A DNA stretch of 64,000 nucleotides from Sphyrna mokarran (lineage: Eukaryota). Positions 63,940-64,000 of this stretch are shown here, piece by piece. Position numbers and translations under genes: made by a program. How positions within the stretch are numbered: position 1 is the first letter of the stretch; each line of letters opens with the position of its first letter. The stretch spans positions 92,566,001 through 92,630,000 of the forward strand of contig JAGIQG010000009.1 in NCBI GenBank assembly GCA_024679065.1, read 5' to 3'. Below the pieces are notes generated by a model, which did not search any database, was not told the DNA's origin, and was given only the letters and a program-made list of their open reading frames with translations.

Positions 63940-64000
63940 TGCCGTGACTCGGATTCGAACCGAGGTTGCTGCGGCCTCAACGCAGTGTACTAACCACTAT
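63940..64000 (-). tRNA. tRNA-His-derived copy with GAG anticodon, cut by window end
   Basis: gcggcctcaacgcag = loop TT GAG GC; intact T-arm and TTTT terminator; 5' 11 nt lie outside the window. Confidence 0.65.

Larger units (their letters stand above)
9984..64000 (-). repeat. Tandem array of tRNA-His-containing units (~0.6-1.3 kb spacing in the young part); continues past window end
   Basis: ~52 tRNA-His-derived loci in one orientation within shared spacer sequence (gcttgagcatg, ttcaaacagttg, catgttcattctgaagg, cagaaacatatct). Confidence 0.96.

Noticed and set aside
22726-64000. CRISPR-like repeat/spacer array
   Set aside because: The repeats are 72-nt tRNAs, spacers are 0.2-1.3 kb and homologous to one another, there are no cas genes, and the context is vertebrate.

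Overview
Non-coding vertebrate DNA, most likely from a cartilaginous fish (shark/ray). That assignment is inferred from the CR1/HER1-type LINEs, HE1/V-SINE sequence and Penelope-like repeats. No host protein-coding gene is supported. Bases 1-9.6 kb are AT-rich DNA with CR1 LINE and SINE remnants. From ~10 kb to the window end lies a tandem array of tRNA-His(GTG)-derived units, all on the minus strand, with about 52 recognisable loci by manual count. Five are perfect canonical genes, about eight are single-change variants, and the rest are pseudogenes or relics. The array is heavily decayed at its left edge (10-22 kb) and young and organised into higher-order duplications from 22.7 kb onward. 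A distinct pseudogene lineage with shifted anticodons (ATG in 26.7-51.8 kb, TTG in 54.9-62.2 kb) is interleaved with the His genes. Retroelements inserted into the array include two CR1 subfamilies, one carrying a V-SINE core in its 3' UTR. A ~1 kb head-to-head Penelope-like palindrome has a 12-bp TSD and a minimal hammerhead-ribozyme motif in each arm. All coordinates were read by eye and may be off by a few bases.
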